Below, piece by piece: positions 12,801-25,100 of a stretch of DNA of 64,000 nt. The notes under the pieces are model-generated. The model had not been told where the DNA came from. It saw only the letters and a list, made by a program, of their open reading frames with translations, and searched no databases. Made by a program: the position numbers and the translations under genes. The number at the start of each line of letters is the position of its first letter. Within the stretch, counting starts at the first letter, position 1. The DNA comes from Bugula neritina (lineage: Eukaryota > Animalia > Bryozoa), in contig OZ037770.1 of NCBI GenBank assembly GCA_964035545.1, positions 7,508,973-7,572,972 of the forward strand, written 5' to 3'.

Positions 12801-15800
12801 AGTGATGAGTATGATACTATACGTAAGTATACAGTGATGAGTATGATACTATACGTAAGTATACAGTGATGAGTATGATACTATACGTAAGTATACAGTG
12901 ATGAGTATGATACTATATGTAAGTATACAGTGATGAGTATGATACTATAAGTAAGTATACAGTGATGAGTATGATACTATACGTAAGTATACAGTGATGA
13001 GTATGATACTATACGTAAGTATACAGTGATGAGTATGGTATTATACGTAAGTATACAGTGATGAGTATGATACTATACGTAAGTATACAGTGATGAGTAT
13101 GATACTATACGTAAGTATACAGTGATGAGTATGATACTATACGTAAGTATACAGTGATGAGTATGGTACTATACGTAAGTATACAGTGATGAGTATGATA
13201 CTATACGTAAGTATACAGTGATGAGTATGATACTATAAGTAAGTATACAGTGATGAGTATGATACTATACGTAAGTATACAGTGATGAGTATGATACTAT
13301 ACGTAAGTATACAGTGATGAGTATGGTATTATACGTAAGTATACAGTGATGAGTATGATACTATACGTAAGTATACAGTGATGAGTATGATACTATACGT
13401 AAGTATACAGTGATGAGTATGATACTATACGTAAGTATACAGTGATGAGTATGATACTATACGTAAGTATACAGTGATGAGTATGATACTATACGTAAGT
13501 ATACAGTGATGAGTATGATACTATACGTAAGTATACAGTGATGAGTATGATACTATATGTAAGTATACAGTGATGAGTATGATACTATAAGTAAGTATAC
13601 AGTGATGAGTATGATACTATACGTAAGTATACAGTGATGAGTATGATACTATACGTAAGTATACAGTGATGAGTATGATACTATACGTAAGTATACAGTG
13701 ATGAGTATGATACTATACGTAAGTATACAGTGATGAGTATGATACTATACGTAAGTATACAGTGATGAGTATGTTACTATACGTAAGTATACAGTGATGA
13801 GTATGGTACTATACGTAAGTATACAGTGATGAGTATGATACTATACGTAAGTATACAGTGATGAGTATGATACTATACGTAAGTATACAGTGATGAGTAT
13901 GGTACTATACGTAAGTATACAGTGATGAGTATGATACTATACGTATATGTAAGTATACAGCATTCAGCCTGCAGCTGTATTCATACACTCATTTACTGTT
14001 CAATTATAGCATTTAGATTTGTAAATTATAAGCACTGTGCACTGCAGGGTTGGGGTAATTGTAATTGGTTGTAATTAATTACATTTTTTCAAGTAATTGA
14101 ATGTAATTTGTAATTGATGTATGAAAATGTAATTATAACTAATTACCTTGCTAATGTAATTGAATTTTACATTTACTTTATAAATACTTAACAATTACTT
14201 CAAATTTTAAAATTCATATTTTTCCTGCCTTGCCTACTGTTTAATAAAAAGTTTAAATTAATTTAATGTCGTATTTATCACCCCATTCGTTACTGCCGAG
14301 AACAAGGAAGGTTTTCCGTTGTCCAAATTGCTCCTGGTAGTTGGATTCCAGAAGTGAGATTATATAACTTTTATTTGTCTCTTGTGAAAACAAAAGTAAT
14401 TGTAATTGTAATTAATTACATTTATTTCAATTGTAATTGAAAAATTCTCATATAATAGTAATTGTAATTAATTACATTCATATGTAATTGATCCCAACCC
14501 TGCAGTGAGTGTGAAGCCTTTCAGTTACTAGTAGCTGTTCTACTGAAAGTTTAGCCGTGGTAACTGGAGTCAGTATCTTGCTTGTAAAATATAGCCCGAG
14601 TTCTTGGACCTAGTTTACCCTAAATAAAAGTCATGCCAGTACCAAAGGACTTGAGAGCTAAGGCCAAATTTAAATAATGTAAAATATGGGAAATTGTTCC
14701 AACTCGTAATGGTAACTGACTACCTGTGATAAAGTGAAGATAATTTAACCAAATCTTTGAGGTGATGAGACATCTTACAACATGAGCTGAGCTTTTAGCA
14801 TTGAAACTGGCACTTAGCAAAGAGATGCGTGTTTACTCTTGCAAATGCAGGTGCTGCAATATACTGATTTTAACGTAGGAGTCCAAGGTTTGTGCATAAC
14901 TTACCTAATGTAAGTATATAATTTAATATACATGTATAACTTGGTATATTAGTTAGTGTATATGTATAAGCTAGTGTAGATGTAGATGCACGTTTTACCT
15001 TTCTTGTGTACTGTGTTGATATATCATATGATGTGTACCACATGTTACAGGTGTTAACAGTAGTCCATATAGCCATGTGTATGATGAAACCTTCTCACCT
15101 CATCTTCCGTCTGATAAATCTACAGCGAGACAGCTGTACTCTGTTCGAGGGAGTGAGGCTAGTGGAATATATGAATCAATTGAACATCTAGACAGACGGT
15201 CACGGTGAGAGCATTGTAGTAACCAGTATTTAATAAATCAACTGTTTTGTTGTATTTTAAACTTACGGCAAATGTGCTGCACATGCCTTTTGGGTTTCTC
15301 AAATGTCATTTGTATTTAAGTTCTGAATTAGTAGCAATAGCCAGCAGTCGGTTTTAGAGAAAAAATATATGACCTAATTTCGAAGCCTAATTTTTTCTTC
15401 CTAAAGTGAGGGAAAATTAAATATAGCTTGCATTTCTGAAAATAGATGCACTTCTACGAACAATGCTAGAAGTTGGATATTGTGCTTGTAAACTGTGACC
15501 TGCCTGTACCAGCTGATTGCTTCTTCAAACCTGGTGTTGGTTGAGATGTTGATCAACAGCTCTGTTACTAGTTTGGCTAATTTTACCTGTTGTTTTATAA
15601 GATAGACAATATGTGATTTTAAGTGGAATTCAATTCTATTTTATTAAGATTTTTATAATGTTTGTCAATTGCGTGATACAAGTTTAAACATTAGGCTTCT
15701 AGTATAATGGGAAGTGACAAATAATGCTTAGATGGTGACAGATTGCAGCAATGACATAGCAAAGCATGTTGTAGTAGAAAGTAGAAGATCGGTTGCATTG

Positions 15801-16184
15801 CTAATATATCCTGTAATCTGTTATAGATTCAGTGAGATGAAGAAATCTGGTTCAATGCCTAACAAACCGCCTCCACCTATTCCTCGGAATGCTTCAAATA
15901 AGCTGCCGGTGGCTTCTGCTGTTGCTGTCGATACTGATTTTAGTCACAGCTGCTCATCTCTCGGGGTATCTCTAGACAGCATGCCAACTATCGATATGGA
16001 TTTTTCTGACCTGCTAAGAGAAACTAAAGAAAAGTTTACTGCACAAATGTGCAATGAAACACCCAGTATAACTTATGATGTACCTGTGAATGAAGTAGAG
16101 TATATGATACCTGCCCAGTTAGCCAACTCTCAACATACCAACTCTTCAACAAACCAACTTTCAACAGACACTGTTGGGATTTAA
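3835..16184 (+). CDS. Type I membrane receptor: signal peptide + SUEL/Gal-lectin-like domain + CUB-like domain + TM + Tyr/Pro-rich cytoplasmic tail (518 aa, 10 exons)
   Basis: Exons 3835-3910, 5327-5447, 6270-6424, 7963-8186, 10512-10683, 11196-11309, 12035-12122, 12248-12342, 15051-15204, 15827-16184; all GT-AG, phases consistent, 1557 nt. Signal MDTASLQQHLFLLLYLMVLKIPSAT; SUEL-like LEC...IKINRVILGR...C...ECSGLQSC...PC...YMDVDYTC; CUB-like GYIASPGYP...CSC...FLLQY; TM VGVLTAAVFLVICILFTVIC; tail YATI, VYDE, IYESI, KPPPPIP, YDVP, YMIP. AATAAA at ~16625. Confidence 0.8.
4540..4700 (-). mobile_element. SINE fragment (same family as 53795-53932)
   Basis: GGCACAGGAGCAATTATGATTGGATGATTTTCCTGACATCATCAATGGC (from 4612) aligns with GGCACAGGAGCAACTATGACAGGATGCTCTTTCTAACATTTCCAATGGC (from ~53809). 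Confidence 0.6.
9169..9441. repeat. 10-bp TGTGTATACA minisatellite with internal orientation flip
   Basis: TGTGTATACA units up to ~9310, then the reverse-complement unit TGTATACACA, flipping back near 9415. Lies in gene 1 intron 4. Confidence 0.95.
10245..10517 (+). repeat. 29-bp minisatellite whose unit contains the exon-5 splice acceptor of gene 1
   Basis: Unit GTATACACTGTCATACATACACTCTGTAG. Junction positions at 10250, 10279 (mutated), 10308 ... 10511. The last copy continues into the coding exon (VYLQVKLADG). Confidence 0.9.
10800..11005. repeat. Degenerate ~26-bp minisatellite
   Basis: Repeats of GAGTTATCCTATCTCGTACTCTCTAA with substitutions. Confidence 0.8.
11716..11927. repeat. 15-bp minisatellite
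   Basis: GTTATACTGTGACAT / GTTGTACTGTGACAT units, ~14 copies, gene 1 intron 6. Confidence 0.95.
12320..13960 (+). repeat. 32-bp minisatellite (~50 copies) duplicating the exon-8 splice donor of gene 1
   Basis: Unit CAGTGATGAGTATG(C/A)TACTATAC|GTAAGTATA. GTAAGT recurs every 32 nt from 12343 to 13911. The first copy is the coding exon end (SDEYATI). Confidence 0.97.
14045..14502. mobile_element. hAT-like MITE
   Basis: TIRs CAGGGTTGGG...CCCAACCCTG with clustered subterminal GTAATT/AATTAC motifs at both ends. No 8-bp TSD is visible; the flanks instead extend the inverted repeat (CACTG/CAGTG). Confidence 0.75.
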
Positions 16185-17218
16185 GGACTACCAGCTACTA
16201 CAAAACTCTCTCCTAAATTTTTTAGTTTCTTATAGCCTATATCTACGCAGTGAAAGCCAATCAATATGAAAGCCTGCAGTACCAAAGTTGTGACGGCCAC
16301 AAGTGACAGAGTCTCTTCTTTTCATATTATTTTGACATTAGAGGTTGCATCTCCTAAAGTTGAAAGATTCTTTGTCTAGAGCTCAAGCTTTGTTGATATA
16401 GTCCAAATTTAGAAACTTGGGCTATGATATCGGTGGCACCCAGTCGCAGTATTAGTTCTCTGGATAATTGACCATTGAGGATGAACCCACATCATATCTA
16501 TCTGATGTTATTCTTCCACCTGTGAACTTGCACTACATTTTCACATTCATAACTTATTGTTTGTCTAAACACACTAGATATCTCAGCTATTCTTCCCATA
16601 ATGTGACTGCAATGATTATTGTGTAATAAATATATTGTCTATATTTTTGTATATAACATATTATGACAATAAGTTGTTTTCAGCATTGAAGTTTTATGTA
16701 CAAATGTTTTGATATTGTCAATATAACTGTTATAGTTTGAACTTGCAACTATTTAGTATATTAACTTACACAGTGTAAACTAGTACCTAGAATATGATAT
16801 TATAGTGAAATTGTATGCTTCTACCTCATAGTGACACTGTGTCGACAGAGAACTGTAACATTACACATACTTATACGTAACTATGTTTCTCTACTTTCGA
16901 ATACAATGCAGTGTCGCACTACTAGAAATTTTTAGCTGTTATTTCCTTTGTTATGCAAACATATTTTGGTCTGGCAAAAATATCTTTTCAAGTCTTAATA
17001 TAAATTACTTTTAAGTACAGAAAAACAATTTGGTTGATTAGAGATTATAATAATATAAGAAAGAACTTTTATTCAGGCATCTGAATGTGCTTCCTAGAGC
17101 TTAACTCAACTCTTTCAATTGACATGGAAAGTGTCCGCATATATGATCAACCATTAAAACTGAACTTTAACAGGCTCTGGGCTATATCATTTAATATTTA
17201 TAGGAGTTGATTAACATA

Positions 17219-17565
17219 TAGGGCTGTCCAACAGGGAGCCCCAGGGTCGCATACAGCCTCCAGTCTACGTATATGTGGCCCTAAAATGCATTACAAATTT
17301 ATGTTGCACATGTGAATTAGAGTGGAAAAACCACTTTTTAAAATATTTTGTCTTATTTATATACATACTTGAAAAGTCATATATGCAGCCTGCAGTAATT
17401 ATCGGGACTTCATTGCGTAATGATTAATAGGAATTTAGAATGAAGTAATTTAAAAAATGCTGATGCTGTAGCATTCAGCTGAAGCTAAATTTTACAATGT
17501 GACCCTTGCCACCAGAATGTCCCATTTTAGTGGTGACCTCGCTCTGAATAGGTTAGACACCGCTG
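17219..17565. mobile_element. Degraded hAT (Charlie-like) MITE
   Basis: Ends TAGGGCTGTCCAAC ... GGTTAGACACCGCTG resemble CAGGGGTGTCCAAC/GTTGGACACCCCTG termini, with GC-rich subterminal GGCCC-like motifs. No TSD. Confidence 0.4.
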
Positions 17566-19032
17566 GACTCTAACATTTGTACCCTAAGCTTTCAATGTAA
17601 CACCTAATGTTGACTTGCATGGCTAATCTAACAAGAAACTGCCAATCTACATAGAAATCTCCATAACTGACTGCCTTGTTGAATTGCTTATTAATTACAC
17701 CAAAGTGATTAATAAGCTATTAAATTTGTTTTTAATAGTTGAAGCAATTTTTTCCTGGTATAAGTTTAAGCAAACTATAGTCACAATAAATAAATTATTT
17801 TATTGATCAAGTATAATTATAGATCTTTATAACTACCTAATTAAAATCTAAATTCATATGTAAAGGTTTATGATTTGGCAAAATAAAAACCGCAGCATAA
17901 TTTTTTTAAAGGTTTTGTATTATGTAAGTATTTAGTTGTAAATTTGATTCTCAAGTAATTGTTTGACTTTAAATAATTACTGAACAAATTCTATTATAAC
18001 ATTGTGACTATAGGAATTGAATGGTTTATATAATATTAATACTGCATTAATTTAAAGTCCAGTTAACATTTCATTTAATATAATACAAGTTTGCTAAAGG
18101 ATAATGCTAATCAGTTTATATCAAAAGTGGTCTTCAAACGATGCAGTATAGTTGAGATGATATTAGCTCCTAGATTGTGAAGAGTTATAACAAACTTTTT
18201 GTTTGATCTTTTCATGACTTTATGGCAAGATTGAGTGTGAATGGGCTGCGATAATTTCTATGTTTTATACACTTTGTTGGTAAACAAAATTACTAGTATA
18301 TTATAGTATAGTGCGCTTGTTGCTAGCATGTATATAATGTATGTTACCAGCAAACTTATGCCTTTATTTATAATTACAAAAGCTGTAGTTTTTATGACAT
18401 AATGATACATGCAAAGTTGACTTGCAGTAACTAAGTCAAAGGTATTCTCAGTAAAAGTAAATATAAAAATTACTCTATATAATCTTTGCCTTTTGCAAAC
18501 AACACTGTATTGAGTTTGTCAGCTTTTAATGCATCAGGCAGATTTGAAGGTTTTAACTCAACTGCTTTATAAATGCATTTATGTTATTTTTGTCAAAGTT
18601 TTGAGGATATCAACCTTAACTGCAAAAACATTTTTTTTAATTTTTCCAAAAGCATATGCGAATAAACTTGAGGTATTTTAGCAAATTGCTAGATATTGTA
18701 CCTTAAAAATTTGATTTTAGTAATATATAAATTCAACCTATTCCTAGCACTAAATATAAAATTCTTGATTACTACCATCATGCATAGTTTTACCAACCAT
18801 TGAAAAACCAGATTGTTGAAATGTCAAGAAAAAGCAACTCTCAACCTGTTAATGCAGGATGACTGCAACAGCTTATGCTACATTGCAACCTATTGTGCTC
18901 ATTTTTTCATGCATATTTCTGTGAATAGAGCTTACAATATGACCAGTTATAAGCAGGCATTGCCATGTATTGAAAGACATTCAATGCCTGGGGTCAATGC
19001 CTAGGTGCGCAGGTTCAGCACTCATACCTTGC

Positions 19033-19071
19033 TATATAAAGCGTAGTATAGCGTACAGTAGTGACATCAGT
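19033..19071 (+). promoter_or_regulatory. Candidate TATA box + Inr of gene 2
   Basis: TATATAAA at 19033-19040 and TCAGT at 19067-19071, ~65-100 nt before the ATG at 19135. Confidence 0.45.
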
Positions 19072-19134
19072 GTGTGGTAGTGATATCTGTATAGGAGTAT
19101 CTATTGCTGTTTGTGTGGTACAGGATTGGTGAGA

Positions 19135-22100
19135 ATGCAGCTACTTATTTCATTCAGCTGTTTGGTTTTCTTGTATCTTCCAGTTTCTAGCGAAGGTGAG
19201 ATATTATAAACTTTTAGTTGCATTTCTATACGAGTTAAATTTTAGCAGATCAGTATGAGTAGTACATGATGCTAGTTGCTATATGTTCAGGGTTAATTCT
19301 ATGCATGTAAAGTTTTAACAGATTATAGTTTTCATGTCAAGATGAAGTAATACAAGTAGATTCATTTCTCATAAATATCTTAAAGGTTGGCTTTTACAAG
19401 CATTTGTCTCAGACGCACTGGTAATCATCAGTGGAAAAGTCATAAAGCAATAGAATTTCTAAGAGATTAACAAGACTGCTGAATTGACAATGTGTCATGG
19501 CGATTGAAACAAATAAAAAGTTTATGAATAAAGTTTATTTCAGATTAGAAAGTTGAATTGTGGTACAGACACTATACTACCACTTGCATTAGAAGTTGCC
19601 AAAGATGTGTTTAGTTTCAAAATAATTATGAGCTCTGGATACAATTTGTGACCATTAGAAAAATCATTCAGGCAAAGACATCACTAACATTTCTTACTCT
19701 TAATTAAATTCAGCTAGCTTTTTGTTGTCTACCTTTCAAAAACAGCTTTTGAAAACTATTTGTGGAGTATGCCCCTCAACATGGCAAGATTGAAAAATAG
19801 TTCGCATATACATTTAATGTAGTCTAATGTGACAATAGCTCCAGTGCGTAACCTTACAACTATTGTCTCAAGTTATACTCCATACAAAATATATCACGGA
19901 GTATAGCTGTATTGTAAACGTGAAATAATGTCTACTCTTTTGATATAGTTGAGCGAGCCAATATGTTTCTTTGTAATGTATCAGCCTTCTAAATATATCA
20001 ATATCACAATCAATGTCTCTTGTGTTACGAAATAGTAGTCAAATTCACTCATCTATCATTGTGTTGTAGTAATCAATATGAACTACAAATTGTAACAATG
20101 AAACAAATATTTTAATTAATTTCCTTCTTGCAGACTTGTGCTTTTGATCTTTTCATAATAGAATTGTAGTACTTATCTATAAAATCTGCTGGAAAGAAGC
20201 AAGGCAAACTTTCAGATTTTAGTTGAAGTCAGCCAACGTATTTATATGGCCATTGCTCTTTACAATCACAAATTGAAATCCTATTCAAAAATTGTACATT
20301 TTATTTAGGATATGTCAAGAAATAATTGCTTTGCATTCACCCAAATACGACTCTCACAGATGACAATGTACGGTTATTTATATCCTTTTTTATTCTAAAT
20401 TCTATGGATTTGGGCTATTCAAGAGTGGTTGCCTTTATGTAATTGCTGTTCACTGCTACTTGAAGCAGCCTTAGCAGTTCAACGGCTGCTGATTCAATTA
20501 CCATCATCCTTACTATTATCCAAGGCAGGTAGTGACTTACCTGAAAGGTGAAAACTCTCCATTCGTTTATTGTTATTTTCTCTCTACTAAATTGAATAGG
20601 GCGGTTGTCATAGGTCTAATTTCTCTGGTCACATCTGGCATTGCATAACTGTTTAGACTTCAGAGGAAACTAATAATTCATTTCATTCCTTTTATATAAA
20701 AAATATATATTAAAAGAATTATAATAAAAGATTAGATGCTAACAAATGACATAATTAATTAATTTATTGTAGGTTGTTACTTGTTAGTATTGGTTTGTGT
20801 TTATAAATATTCAAGTGAATAAAATTGTGAAGGACATTTAATTTGGTGAGGAATTATATAATATGGTGAGAGATATAATATATATATTATATATGTAATA
20901 TGTATTACATATTATATACTCTTTAACACATAGTATATAATTCGATGAGGAATACATGTATAATATTATCATCAAAGGCTATAATCTCAATGGTTTACAC
21001 CAATCTTATGGTCCCAAGTTGTAGCAACTTTCATGTTACAGTGTCAGACGGTACTATTCACAACATAACACTAGGGAGTCTAGAACCTATGATGGAAGAG
21101 ATAGGTGGGAGTTTCAACACAAGCATGATTCCACTCAGCATGAAAGTGAGTTTAATTTTATTACATAGTTAGGTTCCATTCAGTAGGGTTCTAAGTTTGT
21201 TAAATCCCACTACCGGAGCAGGACAGTGTGGAGGTAGTTGAGGATAAGTTGGTCAATTGGTGAGCTTTTTGACATTGATTACCATCGTTATTATGTGCAT
21301 AAACTTTCTTATTGTAGCTCTTATATATATTATGTAATATAGACTTGAAGAAAAACACAATTTGCTGATGCAAACTTTTATTCAGCTCGCAGTTATAAAT
21401 TATCAAGTTACCATTACAAAATGACTACTAAGTTTTATTATGTATTTGTAATGTTGAACCTGGGTTGATGCTTTGGTAGTTATAAAAAGAGTCATAGTAG
21501 CTGAGGTGTTATGCTACATTCTACAACATGCACATTTAAAAACAACACCACACCTTTAAGCAAAACTAAACCCAGTGCCTTGCACTTATTGTTGTACTAT
21601 TGTAAATGATATATATGCTCAGATGGAAAACAAGCTCTGCATTTGTTTTCAGCTCCAATTGCTTTTAATAATGATATATTAAGTTCTTACAAAATCAGGT
21701 TTTTTTTCCAAGGAATGTATAATTGAAGGTGATAAACTCTGGTTAGGTGTTATAACATTCATCCTCACTCAACGTAAGGTTCAAGTTTGTATGGAACAAA
21801 TTAAAAAAGTTTCAACAGTTACCAATCAGCCCATTTTTATTGTGCTCACGCAGTTGTATTATTACCAAACTCATCAATGGTTCAAAAAGCTTTGCTATTA
21901 ACACATTTTAGAGAGTTAGAAGTCGTAGTTTATTGCTCATAGTTTTCAGTCTAGTTGTCGGGTTTGAACCCATTTCACCAGTCATCTGACATTGCTAGCG
22001 AGTCTCTCATTCCTAGAGGAGATGTAGAGGGAACACATTGCTGTCCGTATATTGCTAGTTGATTTGATCATCTTAATTTCTAGCCCCAATGTAGGTAGGC

Positions 22101-25100
22101 TAAGGTTTCCAGTATTGCCTTAGTATATGTATTGATGGTATCAGGTCAGTCCTAATTATGTAAACTAGGTGAAAGGCCTCTGTGACACTGTATAGTCCGA
22201 GTGATATGATCTTATGCTGCAGGTTAACTCTAATTCAGTTCTACACAAGTTTTCTGTCCGGCTTGGTAAGATCACATCAACCAGAGTACATGTGCAAGTG
22301 TGGAGACATGAAGGCAGCAATAGATACAAGTTGATAAGAACCCGGGAACTAAAAGACTTACACGCAGGTATAAACGTGGTGAGTACTCAATATCTCTGCT
22401 ACTGCATGTATGGAAATATAACTTCTCTGTGAAATAGATATTAGAATCTTCTTTTGTAAAACAGTTTAGTTTTTAAAAATTTGGGTTATTGACAAACTAA
22501 AAAACAGTTTAATATTACAACCTTAAATGGCAAAGTAGTTGAAAGTTATTGGTGAGTTTTTAGAGCCATTCAGTTGTTTGTGTATTGTACAGGAATGAAA
22601 CGAGATACCTGGCCACTAATTGCAACGAGTGAAACTATTTCAAGCTTGTAAATGAGATCCTGGCATTGTTTTAAAGATATTTTAAATTTCCCAACAGATT
22701 ATATCAATTTAACTCATCAGCTTTTTGGCACATCTGGACTCAGGTTTCATGATATTACCAGTTGAGTTCAATTTAATCTCAAAAGCCACAGGCACAACGA
22801 TATAGTATAAGTAACTTTACACTCTGGTATAAAACTGACTGTGACAGGAAATAATATACATTAGAGCTTAAGATTTGTGTTCAATTCTGTACCTCTAGTT
22901 TATCTAAAACTCTGTCTATATCCTATTTTCATGTTGCATCTTAGCCTCAGTTTCCTACTGAAATATAGTGATATTTGCAGATGGAAGTGCTGTGGTACCT
23001 CACTGCTGGTGATTATGTAGGACTAAGCTGTAGTGGAAATTGCCCGGTATACAAAGATCCTTCCCAGCCAGCATTTGCCTCTAAGATAAAAATGTCAGAC
23101 AGGCTGAGTAAGCAAGGGTTTTATGAAGGAATGGTTCTACTTTTTGATGACCCACTACTAAAATCTAGGCTGGCATTGCAAGCTGAAGTTGGTAAGCTGC
23201 ATATTTGAGATTTCACTTCCAAGTATGTGAATGTCATTTTATTCAGCTGTAGTCATTGTGGTGCTAGTTTAAGAATTCATTGCATTCTATCAAATATAAA
23301 TGTAGCTAGAAAGAAATAATAAATATTTTAATTACAAACAATAGAACTTTGCAGTGTAAGCATACGCATGTATTAAAGTGTAAGCATATACATGTATTAA
23401 AGTGTAAGCATGTACATGTATTAAAGTGTAAGCATATACATGTATTAAAGTGTAAGTATATACATGTATTAAAGTGTAAGTATATACATGTATTAAAGTA
23501 TAAGCATGTACATGTATTAAAGTGCAAGCATATGCATGTATTAAAGTGTAAGCATATATATGTATTAAAGTGTAATCATGTACATGTATTAAAGTGTAAT
23601 CATGTATATGTATTAAAAAACAACTTGTTGAGTTCGAAGCATAGTCTAATAAGGTGATTAAAATTTCTGAAAGAACATTTTTATGTAGAAATAAATCAAT
23701 TCAAGTGGAGAGACTTTCATTTTAGTATTTGTTTCAAGTTTGTAGTTAGTTAAATACCTTACCCTATACTATACGCTTTTTATTCTATGCCCTATGTCAT
23801 ACAATACAGGGGATTCCTATACAGGGCATTCCTCCACTATATTATACTATACAGTGTATTCCTCCACTATATTATACTATACAGGGAATTCCTCCACTAT
23901 ATTATACTTAGATAAACCAAGTAAGAAGTTCCTAAGACCGGCTGAATCTCAGTTTGAAGGCTTCAATAATATCAAGATATTTGATAAGCAGATAATATAA
24001 CTAACAAGTCATAAAATTAAATAAGGGAAATGTAATTACTTTTTTATGCTCTACCATCTGCAGAAGTGAATGCTCTTCCACCCCCAACTACAGCCCAATA
24101 TTCCGACCCACCTTCTAACACCAGTGACAAGTTGACTAAAACTACATCTCTGACAACAGTTGGGGTCTTACCTGATACAGCTGCTAATGTAAGTTATATC
24201 CGCTCTTTAGTGATACAATACAGGCTGATTAATCAGCTATGTAGAGTATGTTTCTACTTAACTAGAAAGTAAAACTTTGAAATACCTTTTGAGATATTGA
24301 ATTGCTGCTAGAATAGACCTACATTCAGGTTGTAGATGCTTCCATACAGTATAAATATTTCAATTAATTGCTGCAAGAAGCTGATGCCTGCTCTTTTGGC
24401 ATTAAATTTTTGTTATTTTAATTATACATCTTTTTGTTATCTAAAAGTTAAATATTTGTCTAAAATGTTGTTTTATAATGAATGTACTATTCTTTTGCAG
24501 CAATGTGATGTATTCTATGTAAAGAATATGCACATTTTCAGCTATATATAACATTCTGACCTAGTTTTGTAACATCGCCACATATTTATTACATCACTAA
24601 GTTTCTTAACATATGGTGTTTTAGTTAATAAAATATAATTATGTTCAAATGGTTCTGTTAGACTGCAGATCAATAAGTTGAAGTTGTATGTTCCAAACAG
24701 GCACTGGTTGGCTCCAGAGATACGTGGTGGGTGGTTATTGGTGCAGCAACAGTGATAGTGATACTTTGTGTGGCTCTGGTCCTAGTAGCTGCCTGCAAGT
24801 GGAGGTTAGTTCATCTTTCTCTTAGCTAGTGACATCTGCCCTAAACCTTTGTTTCAAGAAAATCCATTGCCCGATGCCTTCGGTCGAAAAAAATTTAGAC
24901 CATTTTAGGTACTCCTTGAGGAATATACACACACTAGGTACTCCTTAAGGAATATACACACACTGGGTACTCTTTAAGGAATATACACACACTGGGTACT
25001 CCTTAAGGAATATACACACACTAGGTACTCTGTAAGGAATATACACACACTAGGTACTTCTTAAGGAATATACCCACACTAGGTACTCTTTAAGGAATAT

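Noticed and set aside
12320-13960. CRISPR-like regular ~30-bp repeats (also 24906-25570, 62325-62657)
   Set aside because: Units are head-to-tail with no unique spacers, there are no cas genes, and the context is eukaryotic introns.
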